Source: Catajapyx aquilonaris
Lineage: Eukaryota
Assembly (NCBI GenBank): GCA_000934665.2
Contig: JYFJ02001019.1
Location: 1-64,000, forward strand
Direction of reading: 5' to 3'
Length of the DNA stretch: 64,000 nucleotides
The translations under genes were made by a program, and so were the position numbers. The notes under the pieces were generated by a model, which worked only from the letters and a program-made list of their open reading frames with translations, made no database searches and was not told the origin of the DNA. Shown piece by piece: positions 43,201 to 54,665 of the stretch (the stretch's first letter is position 1; each line of letters begins with the position of its first letter).

Positions 43201-46200
43201 GGCTTAACTTGGAGCCGGGCAAGGCGCTGGAGAAACTCAGCTTTGTCCAGTGCACCCACACATAAGTGGCCTTCACTGGAGAAGACCAATGAAGCTCCAA
43301 GGCTGTCTGAATCACTCAAATCACTCCCATCAATATGGGTAAGCACCATTAGATCCTGAACACTCCTAGATTTCTCCAAGACCTTCTCTGAAAACTCTCC
43401 TCGCTCAACCCTCCACCTCCAGTCATCATCAAGATCTGAGTCATGAGTACGATGAGATGAAAGGCTGTCCATTTGCTGGAGAGACTCCACATCCTTTGAC
43501 TCTCCAGGTAAGTCATCTAATGATCCATTCAAGTTTTGAAGGCTCAGAGAAGTTGGAGGTAAGGCCACAAAATCATCCTGAAGAGAAGGGTGAGGAGAAG
43601 GTGATGCTTCAAAGCGAGGTTCTGCTGCTTCCGAAGCTTGGATAGTCCCCGGACAAGTGTTGGGACGGAGTGTGTTCCAGCGGTGCTCAAAATCAGACTG
43701 TGGCGTGGTTTGTGAGTCAAAAGCAGCAGAGGAAGTCCCAACCAGATCCCTCTGAAGTGTTTGAAGAATGGAAACGATATCCTCCATTGTTGGGCGCTGG
43801 ACTGGTGCCTGCCAACACTGCTTCATCAAGCCATACCTGGTAGAGAATGTGTGTAAACATTATGGAAAACATGCTAATTGAAACACTTCTTGGATAATGG
43901 GTTTCTTGTTGACATGAAAATATACTAATTAGACCCTAAAACCACTAGCTATCCTAGGCAGTGCAAAAATCCTAAGCTATTATGGAAGAAGTATTAGCCT
44001 TCCTGATGGCATTCCTGTGCATTCATTATAAGTTAATACAGTGTCGCATATTTTTCCATTCGTGCATAACTCTCTACAGTGTGACCAGCCAGATAATTGC
44101 CCAATTTTACAAATAAAAATTCAAGGGGAAATTAATGGTTTTCTAATATTATCCTGCTCCCATATCCTGTACTATTACAGTTGAAGATCACACATCAAGC
44201 ACTCACAATTTTTCCCTGCAACACTCCTTGATGGCTGTGGGTTCCTGAAGAGTGGCTCCAGGTCGCTGCACCAGTACCTTCTGTATGACTTCCTCATCAC
44301 CCCAATCCCCATGTGGCATCTCCCCCTTGCTTGTAACCTCCCAAGCCATCACCCCAAAACTCCAGACATTGGCCCCAGCATCAACCTCTCTTGTCTCCAT
44401 AGTGACCTCTGTGACCCTTAGAGTCTCAGGTGCACACCAACGAATGGGCACAGCAACTACGCCACAACAATAATAATCTTCTCTGTATTTCTCAACACTT
44501 GTGCCATAGTCTCCCACCTTCACCTGACCATCTGATGTTACCAGGCAGTTACGACATGCTAAATCAGTATGAACAAAACTCCTTGAGTGCATGTGTGAAA
44601 TAGCTGAACTCAATTGCACCAATGCAGTGACTGATTCTAAAGCATCTAAATCACTCCGCCTCAAGTATGCTTTCAAATCACCCATTGGACAACTTTCAAG
44701 CACTAGTAACAATGGATCAGATTCAAGGCAGCGAGCCATTAGATGGAGTATGTTGGGATGAGACAAGTCACGGTATGGTCTTGCTTCATGCAAAAAACGC
44801 ATCTGCTCTGTAGGGGAAGCATCTGGGCGAAGGATCTTGACAACCACAATGGTCGGAAGTCCCGTGGATGAGTCCACACCAACAGCTCTGCCTTCTACAG
44901 CACGGCCAAACCATCCATGGCCAATCTCTCGAATGTACTGAAGCTGATGGCGTGGGAAGTTCTTGTGCGGGTCATCTGAAGAGAAGCCACTCAACTAAGT
45001 AATATCTGAATAATGCATATATAGCCACTCCTGCACAAATTGGCTAACCCAACTAAGTAAAGGAGTGTTTACATGTGAGCGATTTGATTGCGCCATGACC
45101 AGGGATGGAAAAAGTACCGCTTCCTTCCAAGAAGCGCTTCTTTTTTCCATGTGCAGGGATAGAAAAAGAACCGCTTACCGCCCAAAGAAGCGGTTCTTTT
45201 TCCATCCCTGGCCATGACATTGGCAGTGGTAACATCGCTGCGTAACCAAAGTAACCAGTATTGTTTGAGGCGAAAATCGATTGTTACTTTCACCTCAAAC
45301 ACTATTGGTTACTCGGGTTCCTTGGTGATGACATCACGCGATCAAATCGCCCACATGTAAATGCACCTTTTAAAAAATTATTCCTAATATTTTAATAATA
45401 CTAAAAAAGACACAAATAAATCACGACACCTGAAGGTAAATAGGTCAACTTCAATTACATACCAAACCAATCAGCAGCTGAGACATGTCTTCCACCAGGA
45501 GGCACTATCGCAAGGAGTCGCTTTCCTACTCCAGACTCAAGAGCAGCAGCACTGGCGTTGGTGACTGCTTGCCAAGGAGGTCTGAGGTTTGGCAGAGGCT
45601 CAAAGGTCACGTGACACTCATCCTCCTCAACTCCTGCTCCTCCCATGGGAGGGAATATGGCAAGCTCTGCACCACTGTTTAGTGCTGCATTCTGATAGCC
45701 ATCCTGCTGAACAGCTAAGCTTTCCCTTGAAAGCACCTGGCAAGCAAAACAGAGATTAGATTCAGCTATGGTTTCCTTCCTAACAGTAATTTTAAAAGGA
45801 TTGATTGAATGGTAAGGAAGAAATTACACACTACATTGGTGGAGTGGCAAGATCAGTGCCAAAAAACTGGTGAGGGTAGACTTTCACTTGGGCATGCACT
45901 ACACTGAAGAAACTGAGCATACCTGACCAGGTTGTAGTTCCATTAGGTTAGGTTTTATGCTACATAAAATGTCCAAATTAAGATAGGTTAGTTTCTATGG
46001 CCTTGACCTTGGTCATGCATTGCCAATGGGTATAGTTTTTTTTCAAGCAGTACCAAGGTCAATCACCAAACACCACCTACTTATGTAACGCTCACTCTCT
46101 TGATTCAAATTGAAATTTTGCAGGCTTTGAATGACATTTTTAAAGGCATCACCTTGTACTGTACTTCTATTTTACTATAACAGTTCTCTAATACTTATTG

Positions 46201-47853
46201 TTTTTTAGTATACTGTATATTCCCTACAGCAGGTTGCAGAATGTTTTCAGTTATTCAAATGGGATTTGTGAAAATTCATGAATATTGACACATACGTACT
46301 GCAACTGCATGAATAAGGTTCACTGTGGAATACTTGAACTTGGCTGAGATGGGTCATGAGCAGCACCAAAAAAAACTAATGGAAGCAGCCTTAATTTGAG
46401 GCTCCAGGAGGTGGGTCAGTCATCTCGGGAACAACGGCCGGGAATTTTCCACACCTGGCTAACCACCTTGCCAGGTGGGGTGAGAGGTGTTTTTTTTGGT
46501 GGGTATGTTTTTTTGGGGGGGTGACAGGGAAGGTGGGGTGTGTGTAGTGGCAAGGAAATAAAGCGCACAAAAAAGTGCACTAAAAAGTCTCATTAACAGC
46601 GTGCAACCATAAGGATCCTCCCCAACTGACTCCCTGATTTAATTTCTGTTTGCACTTACATGGCTTATACCTGTTTTCTCTTTCGTTTCCACATGGGAGT
46701 TGCTGTAGGATGCTGAATTAGAGCAATTAAAAAGTGCCTCACCTTGAAAGTTGGACGTCCTTTGCAGCAGAGGCAGGCAGCACCAAGGAAAGCAGCACCC
46801 AGCACGACTACCACAGTGACAAGAGACACCAACACTAACGTAGGGGTGACTGTTGGCAGCACTGCGGACTGCGGTGATATTGGATGGCCTGAAAATACAG
46901 TTGTCATAAATGCACACACTGATGCTCCAGCACTCAATAAACTGGCCTCAATTTGCACCCCCCTCCCCCTCCACATGGTGTGGCATATGAGTCACACATC
47001 TCACTTTGCATCAAGTGAGTCACAGATCTAGAGCAGCCCACTGGGGGCGGTGGGGCAGATAAACTCACCTCCCATTCAGTTGTTTTGCAGCTGCATGACG
47101 ATTATCAATGTTTGGGTCACCTTATCCAAGTGGAATGCAGTGGTCAAATTGGGGGGGGNNNNNNNNATTTCTCCTATTTTAATCGTGTTTTAAGCTGTAA
47201 CTGCATTGATCATGCAAACTGATTGATCACAATTACTCCTGCTTCTACATCATAAGCTTGGTACGGCTTGGTAATTTTATGGCAATCATGAAATCATAAT
47301 ATGCTTAATGTCACTAATCTGGGGTATTAGCGAGTTTTACGAGTCTATTACAATGTCAAAAAGTCAATTGAACTGTTCATCACAGCATGTGTGATGACCA
47401 ATTACAGCAGATCCCCACATTTCCTGTTAACGTGCAGGTTAAGGACAAGATATAATTCTACTGGTGAAATTCCAGGGTTTCATTCCAATACTGGATTGAA
47501 ACCAAAAGGCGCACACATGACAATCCTGCAGGCGAAGATGCGCCTGACAACAATTCCCATCAACTGTCAGCAATGGGTTGTTGTCACCTGAATGGATGGT
47601 GACGCAATGCAATTAGCATGCAGGGTCCTTTTCATCCTCATGCCACGGCTGAATGAGCAAATCCGGGTGTCACACAAGCAGCGATCCCGTCATGAATACC
47701 AATCAACCCGGTTCATTGGCCACTGTCCCCCACAATGGGCAGTAACTGTACCAACAGCAGCACATTACCTTTCGCGATGGGCAGTGCTGGCGAATGGTGC
47801 ACCACCCCAACCAGCAGGAGGAGGAGGATGCAGGTGAAGGTGGAGGACCCCAT
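37282..47853 (-). CDS. LMTK: Lemur tyrosine kinase / AATK-like transmembrane kinase, about 1458 aa
   Basis: Exons 47853-47769 (signal-like), 46888-46743 (TM then CLCCK..FK), 45736-45463, 44975-44207 (LQYIREIGHGWFG, HTDLACRN, VGDYG, PIRWCAPE), 43836-42970, 41776-41011, 39764-39471, 39228-39163, 38696-38336 (KKSVSF), 38136-37963, 37856-37282. Phases are consistent throughout. Confidence 0.88.
39948..40039. mobile_element. 92-bp Tc1/mariner-type palindromic MITE
   Basis: TA|CAGGGTGTTCCAAGTT ... AACTTGGAACACCCTG|TA, near-perfect hairpin. Confidence 0.85.
42110..42826. mobile_element. Cluster of interleaved related MITE ends with an internal direct repeat of about 170 bp
   Basis: TGGAC(G/A)GTGTTATGCA at 42110 and 42417, inverse copies at about 42644 and 42811. 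TTTTCGGTCATTT..GGCAGAAGTA is repeated at 42510 and 42682. Confidence 0.62.
45061..45368. mobile_element. PIF/Harbinger-like MITE, copy 3, with an extra internal palindrome
   Basis: Same TIRs as copies 1 and 2. Extra segment CCAGGGATGGAAAAAG...CTTTTTCCATCCCTGG at about 45098-45211. Confidence 0.8.
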
Positions 47854-48825
47854 GGCTCGACCCAGGAGGAGTGAGTGGGCTGCCCTCCGTCTGCTGGTGC
47901 TGCACCACCGCACTGTGGCTGACGGCAGTGCGGAAGGGGCCAAAGGGGATGTGAGGCAGGCAGGCAGGGAAGCGCCTAGCTAGCCCAGCCCTCTGGGGCG
48001 GACGACGAAGCGAGGCCCCATATCACTGATGAGACGACGACCCTGCCCTCCAGACACTGCCCCGCACTCCCTGCTACATGGTAGTACACACATACGAGTG
48101 AGCAGCCAGTGTAGGCTACTTATTTAGTAGGGTGAGGGCACTGAGGGAGACGGGGAGTGACGGTCTGCTGGCTGAGGGAGGGCAGGGGAGGGGGTGAATA
48201 ATGAGTGGTGGGGGGGAGGCAACCAGTCAGCTCACTTTTGCCACACTCTGTCGGAGCGACACTGCGAGTCACTCGGTAACTACTGGGAAAGTGTGCTTGT
48301 TCTGGGCGAGCACAGATGGCAGGAAACATCGGTTAACAATAAGTTAACAAAAGTACATTGCAATTACTTTTTTTAAAATACGCGCGGATCCATATGCCTT
48401 ACCGAACGTCAGGATAGTGTGAAATTCAAAGTTACAATTAAAATGAAATATTTTGGTACGGACAATGTAATCACGTGGATGAGCCAAGTAGAGTGGACGG
48501 CCATGTTTGATTGAGTGAATAGGAGAACCTGATTTGAATAACCGTCGTCAGATGGTGCCTTGTAGGCGTCATCGAAAGAGCTTCAAGTTCTGGTTGGTAG
48601 AAGCACTCCCTCTGGGCAAACCAGCTAGAAGAAGAAGAAGAGAGAAAAAAAGGAATGGGGGGCGAGGACCATGCAAGGACAAAAAAAAAAGTGGAGTGTG
48701 AAACGGTTTTTCCTTGGAAACGGACAGTATGAGTAGTGTGGCAAGTGCGATGACCCAGCTGGATCTCGTCAAGGTGGTGCGCTCCTGAGTCAGGCAGCAG
48801 CAGAGGCAAGAGTGGCGGAGGTGCG
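47854..48825. promoter_or_regulatory. Bidirectional promoter, LMTK/G-alpha-v
   Basis: Divergent ATGs less than 1 kb apart, CpG-rich. Confidence 0.6.
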
Positions 48826-50451
48826 ATGGGTGCCTGTCTGAGCCTGGACAGCGAGGAGTACCGCGCTCGTTGCCGCAGCGAAGAGATTGATCGCCAGCTG
48901 GCGGAGCTGGCCAAGCAGGAGCTGAATGTGGTCAAGATGCTGCTGCTGGGGGCTGGGGAGAGCGGCAAGTCCACCCTGGTCAAGCAGGTCAAGATCATCC
49001 ACCATGAGGGATTCAGTCCAGACGAGCTGCGCAGCTTCAGGCCCACAGTCAGGGACAACCTCCTCTCCTCCATGAAGTACGTCCTGAATGGCATGGGACT
49101 GCTGAGGATCAACCTCAGGAGTGCCAGGAACAGGAGGCATGCCAGGGCAGTGCTTGGGGCCGCCTCATGCTTCGACCGTGTAGTGGATGACAAGGACGGG
49201 TCTGACAGGATGAGCCCCCGGCTGGTCACCTCCCTCAGAGCGCTCTGGCAGGATGAGGGTGTCAGATTGGCCGTCGCCAGGGGATACGAGTACGAGCTTA
49301 ATGACTCGGCTCTCTAGTAAGTCCAATTATATACAATCTTACATACTTCTCTAAACAAGAATGGAGGTGTCTCTGAAGGAGAGAAAGTGTGGCAATATTA
49401 CTGCCACTCGTATTAGTTCAAACCAGAGTGTTGACTCGAAAGACTGCCCAGTACGGTATGTCAAACCTTTTAAACTGCAGTCAGTGTAGGGAGAGCACAA
49501 CAATCATGACCCACTCTGGTCACTTATGCCTAAAAGCTATGTGTCATTCACCAGTAGTAAAACTCCAAAATGATTTAGAATCATTGGAGTACCCAATGAT
49601 GCTGCTGTGATGATGAAGATGACGATGATTGTTGTTGTCACTATTCACTGCCATATTGGGGCTCCCTACATTGCAGGGCCCAAAGTTCTGTTGAAATACC
49701 TGAACTACCATAGTTCTGTACCTCACTTCACAGGTTGTATTCGGTATTAAAGGAGCAGACTTTTTTCCGGCAAATTAGTAAACTGTCATGTTATTTAAAT
49801 GCCTTACTATGTTGAAACAATACTTTCTCATGTTCTTCTAGCCTTTTTGAAAACATGGAGCGCATCTGTGAGTCATCATATGTACCAACCTCAACAGATG
49901 TCTTACGTGCCAGGGTTCGGACAGATGGTGTGATAGAGACACACTTCAAGGTGCGCGACACAGTAGTGCGTATGGTAGATGTTGGGGGTCAGAGGTCACA
50001 GCGACGCAAGTGGATCTACTGTTTTGATGATGTCCGTGCTCTGCTCTTTGTTGTGTCACTGAGTGGATATGACATGACACTTGTAGAAGATCCTAATGTC
50101 AATCGGCTAGCTGAGTCACTCACCTTGTTTGGCCAAATTGTTAACAACCGCTTTTTCCGTTCAGCAGCAACAGTCCTCTTCCTCAACAAACTGGACCTCT
50201 TCCGTCAAAAGATACTTTATTCTGGACGCCACCTGAGGCATTACTTTCCAGACTATCACGGTCCTGATAGAGATGTGGACAGCGCTGCCCTTTACTTGCA
50301 ACGCAGATTTTCTATTCTCAACCGTGACCCCACCAAGGTTGTCTATCCACATTTCACAACTGCAACAGACACAGCCGATATCCAGGCTGTCTTCCAGGTG
50401 GTGCTGGACACTGTGATTCATGACAATCTGCGAAGGGTAGCTCTGCTTTAG
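48826..50451 (+). CDS. gnav1: Heterotrimeric G protein alpha subunit, Gv class, 366 aa
   Basis: Exons 48826-49316 and 49842-50451. G-boxes GAGESGKS, RVRT, DVGGQ, NKLD, TTATDT. Segments I recall as Gv-specific: DNLLSSMKYVLNGMGLLRINL, ARGYEYELNDSALY, KILYSGRHLR, VFQVVLDTVIHDNL..VALL. Confidence 0.9.
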
Positions 50452-50826
50452 TTGTGAGGTATAATCAATGGCTGTTAGAGGTTGAGCTACCTCAAGAGGT
50501 GGGGATATCAGCATAAAATGAAGTAAGCAATTATTTTTTGTGTGTTGCGTCTTCCAGGACTCTGAGCTGGTGTTTGTAACTTTGTGGATGCCACCTACAC
50601 TGCAGATCCCATCTCTCATGGTCTTGCAATATTGTTGTCTGGCTATAATCACAAAAATACCACATTAAGTGTGTCAGCTAATGATTTAAAACTTAACTAT
50701 GACTATTCAAATTATTCAAGCCTTGATAAACAATCTTTCTATCATGGAGGCCCCAAATGTAATTTATGAGTGCCTGACTTCAGTATGAAATCAGCAGCTA
50801 GAAATGAAATGGCATTGGGGGAGGAG

Positions 50827-51089
50827 GTTTTATTTTTTTATTTTTTATTTTATTTTATTTTATTTTATTTTTTAAATACCCCTAGCGACCCCTTACGGGG
50901 AATTCGGGGAGGCCATGTTAGAAAAGCGCCCGGGCCTATGGGCAGGGGGACTGGGAGGGGATGTGCAAGGTGCAGTGCATCGACTAGTAAGGTCATTTTG
51001 TGAGCTCCCCTGGGTGGCTTAGTCTGTCGGATATACCACCCGAAACGAAGCCAGAGACGACCCGAGAACTCTGCAGCGCCACTCCGTCT
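50827..51089 (-). mobile_element. SINE family A relative with an internal deletion and a different 3' tail
   Basis: Shares the GAGCTCACAAAATG core with 8173-8527. 13-bp TSD ATTGGGGGAGGAG (50814-50826, 51090-51102). (AAAAT)n tail. Confidence 0.88.
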
Positions 51090-51254
51090 ATTGGGGGAGG
51101 AGTTGTGTTCATACTTGCCTCGGGTACTTGTACTATGCTGTTCAAAAAGATGGAGACTATTTTGCATTTGGTTTCAGTGCAAAATCATCTCTATCTTTTT
51201 GAACACATCACAACCCTGCAGTGTGATACCTTGATTGATAGGGTAGATGCTAAA

Positions 51255-51465
51255 GCAACTATGGCTATCAGGCTATGCAAAGACATAAAGATGGGACAGA
51301 TGGAGACAGCAACAAAGAGAAAAAAAGAAGAGAGGAAACACTGTCTCCTACCCCAAAGACCTATCCGGCTTAAGAGACCCTGCCAATAGACGAAGTTACT
51401 ACCGGTATAGCCCTTGGGGTCATGGGAGAAACGCAAGCCCCACCACTACACCAAAGTGGAGATAC
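51255..51465 (-). mobile_element. Element carrying an RTE-LINE 5'UTR-like domain, copy 2
   Basis: The reverse complement aligns with 33345-33570, including the pyrimidine-rich part ending ATAGCCATAGTTGC. Confidence 0.7.
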
Positions 51466-54400
51466 TGCCGCGCCGGGAGGTGTGATCCCTTTCTCATGGT
51501 TCCATGCAGTCTAAACCACAGTTTTCCACCTGGTGGTGTAGGTGTCTGAATGTCATCCTGCTCTGGAGAGTAGCAGGAGGAGTGGGTCTGGTTGGAGGGT
51601 GTGGGGAGGGAGGACATTTTTTGGTGGAAGGGGTTCTCAGCCACAAAGTTACAAACATCAGTCTGTAACAAGAGTGAGTTAGCTCAGGCTCACTTGACCT
51701 GTGCATATAAAACAAGAAACCATGTGCAATATGAGCCATTTATGTACAGGAATTATCACTGTCTCGCCAAACTCTCAGTTTCTAGAAGCTCTAATTATAT
51801 TTTGACAAGTGTGATAAGTTTTTAGGAGGTACAGTCACTATTTAGTGGCAAATCATCATGGCATGTACCAAACCACTACTGTCTGGTTGGGCAAGAACCT
51901 AGCCAGTCAGTAGTGGTTTGGTACAACCATGCGATCCTCCCTAAGCATCTGAAAATGACAGGAGTGTTATCCAGATCTGTGCTTTTCAAACTTTTTGCAA
52001 CTAAATAAAAACATTGCGGTGTGTATCAAAAACAGCAATCAGAAATATTGTGCCACTAACTATTGACAATGCCACACATAAGAACAACTGATTGGTTATT
52101 TTCCCCACATCCTATGCAAATGCAATGCTGTCACATGCACAAGGTCTTCCATGTCAAATCATCACAGGTTGTACATAGTATTGAAACTTACTTCTGACAT
52201 TCGTGACTCAAGGGGTGATGCAATAAATGGGAAGTAGCAAAGTTTATGTGGTGTCAGGTTGAATACTGAATAATGGTGAAATAATATACATAATAGTGAC
52301 ATTTTTCTTGAGATATATTTTGTCGCGCAATGAAGAAATGCACTCCTACAGTATGCATGGGAAGGTGTGAAATGTTGTTGCTCTACTTGAGTCTCAATAA
52401 TGGTTAAGGCCTATTTGTATTCTGATGACTTATTGATGTTTTAGTTGTTGTGAAAGTACAACAGTTGAGCTCTGAGGTGACAACAACATTGCTTTTCAAT
52501 ATGTATAACAATGTGTGATCGCAAACTCAAAATTTAAAAAAACAATAAGGTAATGTAATAATAGTATTGTGAATGATTATGTGCTCATCAATCAAATCAC
52601 AATCATTCCAACTCTAAAATGAACCTGTGCTCTTAATCTAGTCATTTGTCACTTCTAAAAAGTTCACGTAGAAAAGTAGCAGCTATTGCATACAATAGTT
52701 GAAATCTGAAAACAGTAATGTGCAGTACCGGTACTTGAAGAAACATATCAGCTTGGAAAATTGTGTCTAAGCATGTCTATTATTTTTTATCTTACTAGTA
52801 AGGGACAGTTGTGGTCAAAACAATTATTGTAACAATGAAGTGATTTTGTGTGACATTGCAGTTGTTCCTGACATGTGCAACCTTTTTTTAGCTAATCCCT
52901 ACAGCATCCCTTCTGCAGGATGTCACTCAAATATGGCTGAAACATGGGCATTATCCTTCACCTCTTTGCCAGTGATGGAGCATATTGGAATTCAGATTTA
53001 AGAACAAGGTCATTCATGGCACAAAATATTTTCCCAGCGGCATTCCTGTGATGATTTGGCCCAAGATAATACTGTACTGTACAACCATAGCATTCATTAC
53101 CAACATATGCAACAATTTTTTGAAGATTGTTACTAGGCCCATAAAGCGTTGGGCATACTTTAAAAATAAAGCATCTGGCAAGTCTGTCAGGATGCTAAGA
53201 AATAGCTGAGGGGATGGCCATTCCTTGTTCACTTGATTGTAATTACCTGTGATTAGGCATAAAAATTTCACATAAGGAAGCATTGGAGCTACTCAATAAA
53301 GTGTACACCTGATTATGCAAGTGCCCTCACCACTATCTGCTTGTCAGCAAGGCATTTAAGTTGAAATGACTTCTGGATATACTCCAAGGTTTCATGAAAA
53401 ATAGGGAGTTCCTAGTGAGGTACAAATGAAATGGATCTCAATAATTTTTGGCAATAATTTGGTGCTATTTTTATATAATTTTTTTAAATAAATAAAGCAT
53501 TTTGAACACTGGCAATCAATATTTATTTTTTACCATCTCCATTATTACATCCACTTCTTTTTAGAGCCATCATAATGAGATCATGTAGCATTCTCTCTCC
53601 TGGCTAAAAGTGCATTGGTGCACAGGCATGTTATATTTATTATATCTCATCTTATGTACAATAATTACATGGCAGAGGTTCACATATCCGAAGTGTTGAT
53701 TTTCTACACTGACTAGACATGTGTATTATCTACTTCTCATGAAGAGGAATGGTAGGGATTTACTTTTTTTTTCATGGGGAGGAGGAAAGTAGACATGCTC
53801 CCTCAGCCTGACTAGAACATTTTGCATTTTGTCATTTTTTTGCACAGAAAAAAATACAGTTAACAAGATTCACACACTCGAAACACTCACACATTCGGGC
53901 AAATATATACAGCATTTTTAAGGACACGCTTGACAGAGATTACTTTTTTTTTTCAAATATATCCCCTTTTTTGGAAGCACACACAAGTTGACAAGTAAAA
54001 TATACGGGGTGCTTTTAAAATTGCAAGCTCTAGTATGAGTAGGGGGATTGGATATCTCACTTGCTCTACTTGGTTTTCAAGGATTTAGGTGAGGGGGGGA
54101 ATGGGTAATGACAATTATTGCGCTTGATGAGATTCCTGACACTTTTCAACCATACTTTGACATGTGCAAAAGCAGTGCGAAGGAAAGAGTAGGTAGGGGA
54201 TGTGGATGGGGTTTAGACGCTCATAACCAGTTAGTGAACACCATTTTGCCACTGAGATACGACGAACCAACAACAAAGACTTTTCCTACATTAACTGCAA
54301 CCTTTTTACTGCCTCCTTTAATGTACTGACCGTGAACAACCAACCCTTGATATAATATAGTTTTGTTATTCCTGCCCCTCTCTCCTACATAAGGCTCTCA

Positions 54401-54665
54401 TGTACAGGAGTATTTACATGGCAGCTGCACCCGAGATCAACTCTGTTCAAGTTCAGAAGGGGTAAGTTCTTAGAGAGCATTTTGCTAGGAATGTGGAATG
54501 TTCGATGTCTGGCAAATTTTTTAAGTTTAAGGGTGATGGCCACGTTATTCTTTTATAATTCCAGACACCCTGGGGGTGGGGGGAGGGGGAGGAGAGAGGC
54601 ATTGATATATCAGTAGGGGATTGGTCAGGATGGTTACTTTAAGCTGACTGGTTGGTTAATCTTGC

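Noticed and set aside
48471..49229. 252-aa antisense ORF over G-alpha-v exon 1
   Set aside because: Shadow ORF of a GC-rich coding exon with no independent coding signal.
51865..51924. 60-bp hairpin resembling a pre-miRNA
   Set aside because: More simply a tiny palindromic MITE remnant; no recognisable mature miRNA, and small RNA data would be needed.
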